A stretch of DNA of 17,062 nucleotides. Source: a virus. The stretch is from the UHGV virus genome UHGV-0205375. One strand, written 5' to 3'. Of this stretch, positions 8,287-16,215 are shown piece after piece. Each line of letters opens with the position of its first letter. Position 1 is the first letter of the stretch. Below the pieces are notes generated by a model. It did not search any database. It had not been told where the DNA came from and worked only from the letters and a program-made list of their open reading frames with translations. A program made the translations under genes and the position numbers.

Positions 8287-9450
8287 TTACACATCATTAG
8301 TACCTTCCTTATTTTTTGACTGGGACAAATTTGGGACCGATGGGTTCAGGATCGAGTCTATTTGCCGTGCGTGTTCGGTAAGGTGATTAGGTGCAAGGTG
8401 AGCATATCGACGAACCATTTCGATAGACTCCCAGCCTCCCATTTCCTGTAACACTGACAACGGGACTCCGGCTTGAACCAGCCAACTTGCCCAGGTGTGT
8501 CTCAAGTCGTGAAATCTGAAATCATCAATACCAGCCCGTCTCAGCGCCGCTTTCCAGGCTGTGTTTGCGTCATACCGCATCTTCCTGACTGTTGGCGCTT
8601 TCGTTCCGTCTGGTTTGGTACAGCTTTCCTTGTACACAAATACCCAACGGTGATGATTCCCGATTTGTTTTTTCAATACGCGACATGCAGTATCATTCAG
8701 CGCAACGCCAATTGCGCGGTTTGATTTACTCTCTTCCGGGTTTATCCATGCCACCCGGCGCTGCATATCTATTTGTTGCCATTCAAGGTTGATGATGTTC
8801 GAGCGTCTTAGGCCTGTTGCCAGTGCAAATTCAACAACAGACTTTAATGGCTCCGGACATTCATCAATCAGCCTTTGTGCTTCATGGGGCTCCAGCCAGC
8901 GGATCCGTTTATTCTTTGGTTGGGGCACTTTAATAATTGGTGCCTTATCCAGCATTTTCCATTCACGCTCTGCGGCTCTTAGTAGGGCCTTTATAAATGA
9001 AAGATGCGTAGCCTTCGTTGCAACGGACGCTGGTTTTGGCGTGTATTCTGGAACAGGTTTCCCTTTTTTTCTGCATGCTTCTGCCCTGAGTTTCCAGTTT
9101 TCCTCATGACGCCGGTTCGTCATTTTCTGCATTGCTGAATAAATTTTTGATTCAGTAATGTCTCTTAGTTGCATTCCTGCGAAATGTTGAAGCCAGAATC
9201 CGATCCGGCTTTTGTCATCGTCCAGTGATTTTTTATGTGCTTTCTCTTCAAGCCACCTGACACACGCTTCCTCGAACGTTATATCAGGTATTTCACCAAG
9301 TTTGCTGACCCGCCATGCTTCAGCCTTTAGCTTGTCATGGAGTTCTGTCGCCTGCCTTTTGTCCTTTGTTCCAAGAGACTGTTTAAATCTTTTACCGTTC
9401 GGCAATGTGAAACTGGCGTACCATATTTCACCTCTGCGGAAGAGTGACAT
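8287..9450 (-). CDS. int: Tyrosine integrase, lambdoid/P22-like
   Basis: 387 aa with C-terminal catalytic region [16 protein letters not shown]...MVRRYAHL (H-x-x-R and Tyr). The 3' end abuts the tRNA-Thr fragment; P22-type integrases are known to use thrW. Confidence 0.9.
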   Translation of the reverse strand: MSLFRRGEIWYASFTLPNGKRFKQSLGTKDKRQATELHDKLKAEAWRVSKLGEIPDITFEEACVRWLEEKAHKKSLDDDKSRIGFWLQHFAGMQLRDITESKIYSAMQKMTNRRHEENWKLRAEACRKKGKPVPEYTPKPASVATKATHLSFIKALLRAAEREWKMLDKAPIIKVPQPKNKRIRWLEPHEAQRLIDECPEPLKSVVEFALATGLRRSNIINLEWQQIDMQRRVAWINPEESKSNRAIGVALNDTACRVLKKQIGNHHRWVFVYKESCTKPDGTKAPTVRKMRYDANTAWKAALRRAGIDDFRFHDLRHTWASWLVQAGVPLSVLQEMGGWESIEMVRRYAHLAPNHLTEHARQIDSILNPSVPNLSQSKNKEGTNDV

Positions 9451-9677
9451 TTTCTTTCCTCTGTTATGCCATCACCCGCGCTCACCTGGACAGTATGCAG
9501 CGGAGACTGAAGAGCCGCAATGCAGGCTTGTCGTGTTGTGAGGTAAGGAGATTTATTCTTAGTGGGATCTTTGCGTGTTGCCTGAAGACGCCCTGTGCGT
9601 ATCCAGTTAATGGCAGTCGGTCTGGATATCTTGAGAAAATGACAGGCCTCATCGAGTGTGAGGCTGTATGGCTCCAT
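9327..9677 (-). CDS. xis: Excisionase (Xis), P22-like
   Basis: Start taken at the internal Met ([29 protein letters not shown]...), giving 116 aa with an HTH-like N-terminus. Overlaps the 5' end of int and is coupled by a 1-nt overlap to the upstream gene. Confidence 0.6.
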   Translation of the reverse strand: MEPYSLTLDEACHFLKISRPTAINWIRTGRLQATRKDPTKNKSPYLTTRQACIAALQSPLHTVQVSAGDGITEERKCHSSAEVKYGTPVSHCRTVKDLNSLLEQRTKGRRQNSMTS

Positions 9678-9982
9678 TATTTCACCTCTTGCTGTGACAT
9701 TGTTGAAAAATGGATACCAGCTCGTTGCTGCCAGACGATCCAACCGAGAGTCATATCCCATGCCATGTATTCGTTATCGCCGTTTTTTGCTCTCCGACGA
9801 TCTACTAAGTCACCGAAACGCTTTTCCATGAATAATTCATAAGCTTCGCGTTCATCTGGTTCTACTTCCAGAGATAGGAGTGCGATTTCATAAGCACGGC
9901 GCTCAATATCGTCTCGCACGTCAAGGCTGCTGATACGCTCTTTAATTTCTTTAATCAGTTCTTTGTCGGTAAAAGTGGTCAT
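9677..9982 (-). CDS. Hypothetical early protein, YfdT-like by size and synteny (101 aa)
   Basis: Acidic 101-aa ORF with stop/start overlaps to both neighbours. Last gene of a five-gene run whose sizes (120/274/178/120/101 aa) match the CPS-53 yfdP-yfdT block as recalled. Confidence 0.5.
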   Translation of the reverse strand: MTTFTDKELIKEIKERISSLDVRDDIERRAYEIALLSLEVEPDEREAYELFMEKRFGDLVDRRRAKNGDNEYMAWDMTLGWIVWQQRAGIHFSTMSQQEVK

Positions 9983-10344
9983 TATGCTCCAGCCTCCGGT
10001 GCTTTTGGCATTACTGCCCAGTGAGTGATATTGACGTTTTCAAGGTCCCCGACCTGAAATGTCCACTGCCATTCTCCGGTTTCTTTTTGTCCCCAGGTGT
10101 ACCAGAGAGAACGCCAGCCAATTAGCCAGCCTTCTCCGTTAGCATCGAATAACAAAACACTTTCATTTGCTGGTGGCAGTTCAGTTGACACTGGTATTAC
10201 TTTGTTTTCCTGTGCTGCACATTTAGCTTCAAGCGCATCGAATTTACGCACTAGGTATTCAGCATCTGTTTCATTTACTTTCAGATCTCGCGGTACACAT
10301 CTCCCACGAAGAAACCCTTCCATTTCGAAAACATTCATGCGCAT
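9982..10344 (-). CDS. Hypothetical early protein, YfdS-like by size and synteny (120 aa)
   Basis: 120-aa ORF overlapping the upstream HD-domain gene by 10 nt. Confidence 0.5.
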   Translation of the reverse strand: MRMNVFEMEGFLRGRCVPRDLKVNETDAEYLVRKFDALEAKCAAQENKVIPVSTELPPANESVLLFDANGEGWLIGWRSLWYTWGQKETGEWQWTFQVGDLENVNITHWAVMPKAPEAGA

Positions 10345-10871
10345 TTGCGTAACTCCGATAACTCGTTAAAGCGTTCCATAAACATCCCGTAGGCATGGCC
10401 CGGAGCCAGTGGAATCACGTTGAACATCTCTGTTGCCGGGATACCTTCCAGTACAGGCCAGAAAGAGCCATCATCAAGCCCGAGATCGCGGCGTTCGGTT
10501 GCCAGCATGATGAGATCGGCATATTTCACGGGCGTACTCATAACTGGGGGTAACCCGTATTTCTCACGGATTACGGCGTCTATTTTTTCTTCCATTTGTT
10601 TATAGTCAGGAAGAAGGCGTTTCAGTGGTGCGGGAATGTCCTGGCAATACGCTTCTGTTGCATCATGCATTAACGCTTCAAAAGCAAATTCCTGCGGCAC
10701 CAGCTGGCTGCAAAGAACCGCATGTTGGGCGACGCTGTAGAAGTGCGAAAGATGACCGGCAAAGCGACAGATATTTGAAAGGGAAACCGCGATATCGTTA
10801 ATATCGATGTCGTCTTTATTTATCCTGTCATAATAAAAATGCTTCCCGGAAAAAGTTTTAATAAATGACAT
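10335..10871 (-). CDS. yfdR: HD-domain phosphohydrolase (YfdR-like 5'-deoxynucleotidase family)
   Basis: Start taken at the internal Met (MSFIKTFSGKHFYYD...), giving 178 aa. HD-domain residues are visible (VAQHAV... ALMHDATEAY). Confidence 0.7.
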   Translation of the reverse strand: MSFIKTFSGKHFYYDRINKDDIDINDIAVSLSNICRFAGHLSHFYSVAQHAVLCSQLVPQEFAFEALMHDATEAYCQDIPAPLKRLLPDYKQMEEKIDAVIREKYGLPPVMSTPVKYADLIMLATERRDLGLDDGSFWPVLEGIPATEMFNVIPLAPGHAYGMFMERFNELSELRKCA

Positions 10872-10998
10872 TTTGTTCTCCACGTATATGCGCTGCACCG
10901 CGCTGAATTCTGGTAAAAAGAATCCCTCACCATCCGGCGATTATTGAGTAAATTACGTTTCCATAAATGCCCCCGCAGGGGCATTTGCAGTAATGAAA

Positions 10999-11823
10999 TC
11001 AGGCGGTGAAAGTACCAATAAAGGTTTCTACTTTGCTGTCCTTGAATTTCTCAACAAGCAGATCACGAAATTCGTTAGCCATTTCTTCCTGCACCGCCTC
11101 CAGCTGAATAATGCGTAGAACCAGTACAGGACGATCGCCAGTGATAATACTGAGGCGTAATTTAAACGGACGTTCTTTCAGACCTTCAAACGGAACGCAT
11201 TTAAATTCAAATGCCACTGGCATAATGTCTTTGGTCTTCGCTTCGACAGACTCCATCAGGGAGCGTTTGCCGCTGAAGTCATTATCTTCAAAATCAGCGG
11301 TCTGGTTTGCTTCAATCGTGATTTTACGGACAGCCGCAGCCGCTTTTGTTGCCTGAATAGCGTCACCATTAGCATCAAAGCCCACAAGATAGTCGGCCCA
11401 GTCTTCAATCCATTCTGCCAGTGACTTCTGGGAGTTACGCTCGCCGTTAACAGACAACAGAGCAGAGAACGGTGCTGTCTTTTTCAGTTTGAGTGTGGCG
11501 GTGTTATCTGCGTGGCCTGGTTCATCAATAGTACCTAGGTTAAGCACACTGACGGCACGCATATTATCAGCATCGATAAAGCAGCGGGTGCCTTCATCTG
11601 CAAGATCTTTAGAATAACGGGTAAAGTCATCGATGCTGGCAGTGGAAAGCGCACCACGGAAACGGAAGCGATTTAAATTAAATTTTTCCAGATCATGAAT
11701 GCGGAAATTCTCAGGCAATGCCACAGCATCGGCACCAATCTTACTGATAATTTCATTAACACCCTGAGCAGAAATAAGGGCATGGATTTGATTAATTGCG
11801 GTTGCGTCTAAGTTCTGAGACAT
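10999..11823 (-). CDS. yfdQ: DUF2303-type phage protein (YfdQ-like)
   Basis: 274-aa ORF directly upstream of the HD-domain gene; the name is assigned from recalled size (274 aa) and position upstream of yfdR, not from a motif. Confidence 0.6.
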   Translation of the reverse strand: MSQNLDATAINQIHALISAQGVNEIISKIGADAVALPENFRIHDLEKFNLNRFRFRGALSTASIDDFTRYSKDLADEGTRCFIDADNMRAVSVLNLGTIDEPGHADNTATLKLKKTAPFSALLSVNGERNSQKSLAEWIEDWADYLVGFDANGDAIQATKAAAAVRKITIEANQTADFEDNDFSGKRSLMESVEAKTKDIMPVAFEFKCVPFEGLKERPFKLRLSIITGDRPVLVLRIIQLEAVQEEMANEFRDLLVEKFKDSKVETFIGTFTA

Positions 11824-11888
11824 AATAAGTCCTCACTATATAAAGATATTCAGTGATGAGATAAATAATCAGTTAATTAAAAACGATA

Positions 11889-12251
11889 TTAACGACCTGC
11901 TGCGCGGAGTTTTCCGTCAGGTTCACCGGCAAGAGTCAGTAACTGTCCCTGGTCTTCCTGCAGAATAGTCAGGCGACCACCGCGATTGACATACATCGGC
12001 GTTTCGGTGGTGTCTTCTTCGGAAATTTTCCCGCGGTTAGTCGGGCGAACATATGAGAGTTTGTGTTTGATTTTCACTCGGTTCTCATCAAACGGTTCGA
12101 TTTCCAGGTTGAGCGAGACCTTACCTTTGGTTTTCGTGTTCATCACACCGGAAGCGACTTCACTGAGAACTGCGCCGAATTTGGTTTCAAATACGCCGCC
12201 GTCCAGCTCCCCGATAAATGCCTGCACATCAGTACTGCGTTCGCTAGCCAT
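11889..12251 (-). CDS. Hypothetical early protein, YfdP-like by size and synteny (120 aa)
   Basis: Start at MASERSTDVQAF... (ATG at 12249-12251). The longer 226-aa track ORF extends through GC-rich structured non-coding sequence with an Arg-rich nonsense translation. Confidence 0.55.
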   Translation of the reverse strand: MASERSTDVQAFIGELDGGVFETKFGAVLSEVASGVMNTKTKGKVSLNLEIEPFDENRVKIKHKLSYVRPTNRGKISEEDTTETPMYVNRGGRLTILQEDQGQLLTLAGEPDGKLRAAGR

Positions 12252-12387
12252 TTTGCTGCTCCTCATCATATCGACCCTGCAAGGTCGGTTAGTTTCTCCA
12301 CAAAACAGAGAAGAACACCTGCGGTGACTGCCGCCCGGATGGATTGGGTTATGAGCCCGTCGTCCGGTGATGCTCTTCTCTGTTTTG

Positions 12388-12433
12388 TAAAAAGGACGGT
12401 ACCAGCCGGAAGCAAGGGTACAAGCTGGTACCG
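12388..12433 (-). terminator. Putative intrinsic terminator for leftward (minus-strand) transcription
   Basis: 10-bp perfect GC-rich inverted repeat CGGTACCAGC (12397-12406) / GCTGGTACCG (12424-12433) with a 17-nt loop. On the minus strand it is followed by TCCTTTTTAC. The large loop makes it weaker than a canonical terminator. Confidence 0.35.
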
Positions 12434-12719
12434 CCAAGACTACACACAGCATAAAGTTGTGGTGCCGGGTGCCTCCCGGTGCCTGGCGAAGGTTGCACAC
12501 CAGGCGGGTGGGTATCCACAGAAGGTCGACTGTCAGCCTCAACCTTAACCCGCGTGCGCTGAGCCGCATTCACCACAACGCTAAGGATTCTCTCTGGTTG
12601 AAAATACTTAGCTGTTATGTGCCTGCTTTTAGCCACATCAGGCGAGGTGGACCTAGTTATTCCCCAACAACAAGGATTCGGTTAATCTGGTTATCCCCAA
12701 CAACGCAAAAGGAAAAGAA

Positions 12720-13154
12720 ATGTCCGGTAATATCTATACGCTGTACAAATCCCACTGTGAAAATGTTGGAAAGTATCGGGGCATTGAAATCAGTGGGGTA
12801 GTGTCATCAGTCGAAATAAGCAAAGTTGAATCAAGGGCAACATTACTTACTCTTTTGGACCTTGTCTTACATGAGCACCGGAAGAAATTCGGCACTCCCT
12901 ATAATCAGTTGAATGGGAAAAAGGCTCTGGTTCACCTTATTCTGATGAAGCATCACTGGATGCCAAAACAGATTAATGAGATGAAATTTGATGAACTTCT
13001 TCTTTCAATTCAGGATGAACTCACACTTGATAAAATAAGCGTAACCGCCCAGAAATTTTTAGATTATCGAGACTGGAGATCACAAATTCATCACTTTGAT
13101 GATTTTGACGAAAATGAATGGGATCCTAATTTGTCTGCACAATATCTAAAGTAA
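12720..13154 (+). CDS. Hypothetical protein (144 aa), orphan gene oriented against the leftward early operon
   Basis: ATG at 12720 with AAGGA 6 nt upstream. Preceded by two direct repeats GTTAT(T)CCCCAACAAC (12656-12671, 12690-12704). The 3' end overlaps the convergent 68-aa gene by 29 bp. No recognisable family. Confidence 0.55.
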   Translation: MSGNIYTLYKSHCENVGKYRGIEISGVVSSVEISKVESRATLLTLLDLVLHEHRKKFGTPYNQLNGKKALVHLILMKHHWMPKQINEMKFDELLLSIQDELTLDKISVTAQKFLDYRDWRSQIHHFDDFDENEWDPNLSAQYLK

Positions 13155-13332
13155 CATCCTGTGATAAAACCGTGATTTCCTGATCCAGTTTTTTTAAGGA
13201 GTCTATTGTTTCCTGTCGATAAGACAGCACTTCACGAAGCTGGTTTATAGCTGCCAGCTTCTTTGTCATCCACTCATAAATTTCCTCATCTGTGTAGCCA
13301 GGCGCGACGATTTTGGGTTCTGTTTTGTGCAT
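13126..13332 (-). CDS. Hypothetical protein (68 aa), first gene downstream of the putative pL
   Basis: Start taken at the ATG at 13330-13332, preceded by GAGGAGA 7 nt upstream; the track's TTG start at 13347 lies inside that RBS. No Arg-rich N-terminus, so not obviously an N-type antiterminator. Confidence 0.5.
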   Translation of the reverse strand: MHKTEPKIVAPGYTDEEIYEWMTKKLAAINQLREVLSYRQETIDSLKKLDQEITVLSQDVTLDIVQTN

Positions 13333-13496
13333 TTCACATCTCCTCAAGTTATCAGTTACTTGTTGATGGGGACCAGATTGTTAAAGAGCTAAGCGTCCTG
13401 TAGGGCGCTTTTTTGTTGCTAACGAATCATCCTGGACTTCATATGCCCCAGGCGGCTACTTCGTGGGCGTCCTGCCTGTTCGTTGTCGGTAAAATG

Positions 13497-13538
13497 ATAT
13501 TGCTACTTAAAGTTGCAAAAATCAACTACAAAAAGTAG
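13497..13538 (-). promoter_or_regulatory. Putative OL/pL: two 13-bp operator sites (CTAC-N5-GTAG type) interleaved with -35 TTGATT and -10 CAATAT on the minus strand
   Basis: Minus-strand reading is CTACTTTTTGTAG - TTGATT - 17-bp spacer containing CAACTTTAAGTAG - CAATAT. Same architecture and 23-bp operator spacing as the OR/pR region at 15303-15344. Confidence 0.5.
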
Positions 13539-13844
13539 AAGTTAAGGGCATAAAAACGCATTTTGAAATTAATTCATTGAATTTACAGGTAAAATATTTT
13601 GGGGGCTATGATCAAAAAATTATATTGTGAAGTTAGCTGAGTTGTAGAACGTGATGGATTGTTTCATTGTGGCTGAGATCAGTATGTGATCTAGTTAATC
13701 ATCAAGTGGGGAGAAGTCAATCATGAGAGTATTGTTGAGTTTTTGGAGACTAAGTGTAAAACGGTAGGGAATTTACTACTCAATGGATTGTGTGATTTAG
13801 CCTCGATAGTAAGAAAACTAGGGCAGGTCATAGTCAAAAACTTA

Positions 13845-14129
13845 TCAAAACATAAATTTGGCGAGACCTAAAATCGCCAAGCCTGTTGCAACAGTCCATG
13901 CGATCTGTTTATTTACGGCTGATGAAATAGCGCTGTTGACTTCACTTAGGCTAGGTTTTTTTGACAACTTTTCATCTATATCTATTTGTTTTTGAAGGAT
14001 AACAGCGACATCGCGTCGGGTGTCGGAGAGAGCGTTTCGCAAATCACGAATGTCAGCTCTCATCTCTGCGAGATTTGTTTTTATATCCTCAACATTCGCT
14101 TCTAACTTAGCGACTCGGGCTTCAAGCAT
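13845..14129 (-). CDS. Small coiled-coil protein with C-terminal transmembrane anchor (XhlA-like architecture)
   Basis: Start taken at the ATG at 14127-14129, preceded by GGAGGTG 6 nt upstream; 94 aa. MLEARVAKLEANVEDIKTNLAEMRADIRDLRNALSDTRRDV is coiled-coil-like and the C-terminus IAWTVATGLAILGLAKFMF is hydrophobic. The track's longer ORF would overlap the upstream gene by 56 nt. Confidence 0.55.
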   Translation of the reverse strand: MLEARVAKLEANVEDIKTNLAEMRADIRDLRNALSDTRRDVAVILQKQIDIDEKLSKKPSLSEVNSAISSAVNKQIAWTVATGLAILGLAKFMF

Positions 14130-14196
14130 GTCATCACCTCCGCCATCTCCACCGTGTCTTCTAATTGTGGGAAGTTCACTATTAAATGGTACTACA

Positions 14197-14544
14197 TTAT
14201 TTTGCGGCGTCGGCATTTTTTTCATCTTCCGTTTTTGCTGGGAACTTTTCATTTACCCAGTTCAAAACTGAAAACGCATTTATATGAATTTCATTTCCAC
14301 AATTGTTGCATATTAGTGAAAAGTAATACTGGTTAGCAGTATCAGAATAAATGCTTTTTTCAGTAAAAACATTCACATAACTACCAAGTTTCATAGTACA
14401 TGGCATGCCCACATTCGCGCTGACTTGAGGCACAGTCAATCTGTCGTGTCCACATAGTGTACATTTTAGATATATATTCTTTTCTGAGAAATAAGAGACC
14501 AACATATCCATGTTAATCTTTTCGAATCCCTGCTCACTAGCCAT
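14197..14544 (-). CDS. Zinc-ribbon-type protein (115 aa), unknown function
   Basis: Two CxxC pairs (CTLCGH and CNNCGN) about 50 residues apart. Starts 15 bp downstream of the cI stop on the same strand, so probably co-transcribed with the repressor. Confidence 0.55.
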   Translation of the reverse strand: MASEQGFEKINMDMLVSYFSEKNIYLKCTLCGHDRLTVPQVSANVGMPCTMKLGSYVNVFTEKSIYSDTANQYYFSLICNNCGNEIHINAFSVLNWVNEKFPAKTEDEKNADAAK

Positions 14545-14559
14545 TATATGCCCTTAGAA

Positions 14560-15300
14560 CTATAACCGATTGTATTTTATTGACTCATGAATCAACGCCT
14601 TGCCCATTACATAAAGCTGATCCTGCGATTTTTCATCGATGTACCATTTCTCATAGGCAGGGTTATCCGAAAGAACGGCTAGCTTGTCACCTTGCATTTG
14701 AAGACGTTTAACATGAAAAGTCTTACCGTAAACGAAAGAGTAAATTCCATCAGTCTGGAAGTGACGAACAGAAATGTCGACAAACAGTCGATCTCCGGAA
14801 ACGAGAGTAGGGGACATACTATCGCCATTTACAGTCATAACCTTAATATCATCCTGAGAACGGTTACCGAAAAGAGAACGGGCATGTTCTGTTGTGAACT
14901 CAATGGCGTAGAGCACATCAACATAGTCTGAAAGCATATAGGTTCCAGGTCCTGCGCTAACGCTAAGATCTAAAACTTCTATCCTGTATACGTCGGGTTT
15001 AGTTGGATTGGGGATGCTTGCCATTTCCTTACATCCTTCTCTCTCGCCAACACCATATTCTAAATATGAAGCCGATACCCCCAGAGCCAACGCAAGTTTA
15101 TTCATGACAGAGGCACGAGGCTTCGCTGCGCCGATTGTGTATCGCCGCGCCATTTCATATGTAACGCCAACAAGACTTTTGAGTTGGGTGACAGAAATTC
15201 CCTTGTTTGTCATTAACTCGTTTAGTCTCTTGGCGAAATCTGGATACTTCTGTTCTTCTACCATAGGTAGAAGATTACTCACATCACATACGCTCGTCAT
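14560..15300 (-). CDS. cI: CI-type prophage repressor (HTH plus LexA/S24 peptidase domain)
   Basis: HTH region ISVTQLKSLVGVTYEMARRY and an S24 autoprotease domain with GDSMSPTL (Ser) and HVKRL (Lys). The track start at 15321 would place the operators inside the CDS; start set to the ATG at 15298-15300 (possible leaderless mRNA), with the ATG at 15262-15264 as an alternative. Confidence 0.85.
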   Translation of the reverse strand: MTSVCDVSNLLPMVEEQKYPDFAKRLNELMTNKGISVTQLKSLVGVTYEMARRYTIGAAKPRASVMNKLALALGVSASYLEYGVGEREGCKEMASIPNPTKPDVYRIEVLDLSVSAGPGTYMLSDYVDVLYAIEFTTEHARSLFGNRSQDDIKVMTVNGDSMSPTLVSGDRLFVDISVRHFQTDGIYSFVYGKTFHVKRLQMQGDKLAVLSDNPAYEKWYIDEKSQDQLYVMGKALIHESIKYNRL

Positions 15301-15302
15301 TT

Positions 15303-15344
15303 CTATTTTAAGTAGTTGCAATTCGCTACTTTAAGTAGCATTAT
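15303..15344. promoter_or_regulatory. Putative OR with divergent promoters: operators CTATTTTAAGTAG (15303-15315) and CTACTTTAAGTAG (15326-15338); pR -35 TTGCAA (15316-15321) and -10 CATTAT (15339-15344)
   Basis: Two near-palindromic 13-bp sites spaced 23 bp centre to centre between divergent cI and cro. The pR spacer is 17 bp, and the cro AGGAG RBS follows at 15361-15365. Confidence 0.55.
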
Positions 15345-15371
15345 CCCCTCTGGATTTCAGAGGAGAAAGAT

Positions 15372-15635
15372 ATGTCATCTCAAAACTACACCGAGAAAGC
15401 AGTAAAGGCTGCGGGAAAGTCTTTATCTGAAGTAGCTCGTCGCTTTGGTTTTAAATCTACTCAATCTGTCGCTAATTGGGTAATTAACAATCAAGTCCCG
15501 TCGGAACGAGTTTTACAACTTTGTGAGCTGGGGAACTGGTCCGTAACCCCCCATGAGCTGCGTCCTGATATTTATCCAAATCCAAATGATGGATTACCAG
15601 AGTGCTATTCAAAAGTTAGCGGTTCAGTTGCGTAA
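15372..15635 (+). CDS. Cro-like HTH regulator (YdaS-like)
   Basis: 87 aa, divergent from cI, AGGAG 6 nt upstream. The segment STQSVANWVINNQVPSERVLQLCELGNWSVTPHELRPDIY resembles YdaS/Cro-type proteins as recalled. Confidence 0.7.
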   Translation: MSSQNYTEKAVKAAGKSLSEVARRFGFKSTQSVANWVINNQVPSERVLQLCELGNWSVTPHELRPDIYPNPNDGLPECYSKVSGSVA

Positions 15636-15663
15636 ACGTAACCACAGAAACGAGGAGTTAACC

Positions 15664-16215
15664 GTGGGTAAGCATCACTGGAAAGTAGAAAAACAGCCTG
15701 AGTGGTACGTGAAAGCTGTCAGAAAAACTATCGCGGCGTTGCCGGGTGGTTACGCTGAAGCTGCTGACTGGCTGGATGTAACAGAGAACGCATTATTTAA
15801 CCGCCTTCGTGCCGATGGCGATCAGATTTTCCCGCTGGGATGGGCAATGGTTTTACAGCGCGCAGCTGGCACTCACTACATTGCGGATGCTGTCGCACAG
15901 TCTGCTGGTGGGGTGTTCGTATCGCTTCCTGAAATTGAGGAAGTAGAGAACGCCGATATAAACCAGCGCCTGCTGGAAGTCATCGAACAGATCGGGAGTT
16001 ACTCAAAGCAGATTCGTTCGGCAATCGAAGATGGGGTAGTGGAGCCACACGAGCAGACAGCAATTAATGATGAGTTGTATCTGTCAATTTCGAAGCTCCA
16101 GGAGCATGCAGCACTGGTCTACAAAATCTTTTGCGCTCCAGAAAAGAGTGACGCCCGCGAGTGTGCAGCTCCGGGCGCCGTGGCGTGTCGTGACTGTGGA
16201 GAAACTAACGCATGA
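15664..16215 (+). CDS. CII-like lysogeny regulator (CP76/YdaT-analogue class), start uncertain
   Basis: Start placed at GTG 15664 because GAGGAG lies 7 nt upstream and it falls after the cro stop; 183 aa. The track's ATG at 15553 would overlap cro by 83 nt. The family call rests on position downstream of cro. Confidence 0.45.
   Translation: MGKHHWKVEKQPEWYVKAVRKTIAALPGGYAEAADWLDVTENALFNRLRADGDQIFPLGWAMVLQRAAGTHYIADAVAQSAGGVFVSLPEIEEVENADINQRLLEVIEQIGSYSKQIRSAIEDGVVEPHEQTAINDELYLSISKLQEHAALVYKIFCAPEKSDARECAAPGAVACRDCGETNA

Noticed and set aside
11889-12569. The 226-aa version of the YfdP-like ORF with a long N-terminal extension
   Set aside because: The extension (MRLSARGLRLRLTVDLLW...) runs through the structured GC-rich non-coding region and reads as nonsense; the plausible protein begins at MASERSTDV (ATG at 12249-12251).
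12512-12699. DnaA-box resemblance (GTATCCACA at 12512-12520; TTATCCCCA in the direct repeats)
   Set aside because: Each differs from the TTATCCACA consensus, and such 9-mers occur by chance; not supportable without binding data, though of note given the reported YfdR-DnaA link.
12656-12704. The two GTTAT(T)CCCCAACAAC direct repeats as a type III toxin-antitoxin RNA array, a retron ncRNA or a CRISPR array
   Set aside because: Only two copies, no reverse transcriptase or cas genes nearby, and the spacing and length do not fit ToxI-like tandem arrays. They are more likely protein-binding sites or promoter-proximal repeats.
12063-12801. Plus-strand ORFs 12063-12548 and 12457-12801 and minus-strand ORF 12349-12636 across the structured region
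   Set aside because: Mutually overlapping frames with compositionally biased translations and no start-site signals; better explained as open frames through GC-rich structured DNA.
13155-13200. An intrinsic terminator for the 144-aa plus-strand gene at the T7 run (about 13185-13192)
   Set aside because: No convincing GC-rich stem precedes the T-run, and the sequence lies inside the convergent 68-aa CDS.
14130-14252. The longer 135-aa version of the XhlA-like ORF starting at 14252
   Set aside because: It would overlap the zinc-ribbon gene by 56 nt and add a low-complexity K/Q/G-rich N-terminus, whereas the internal ATG at 14127-14129 has a near-consensus GGAGGTG RBS.
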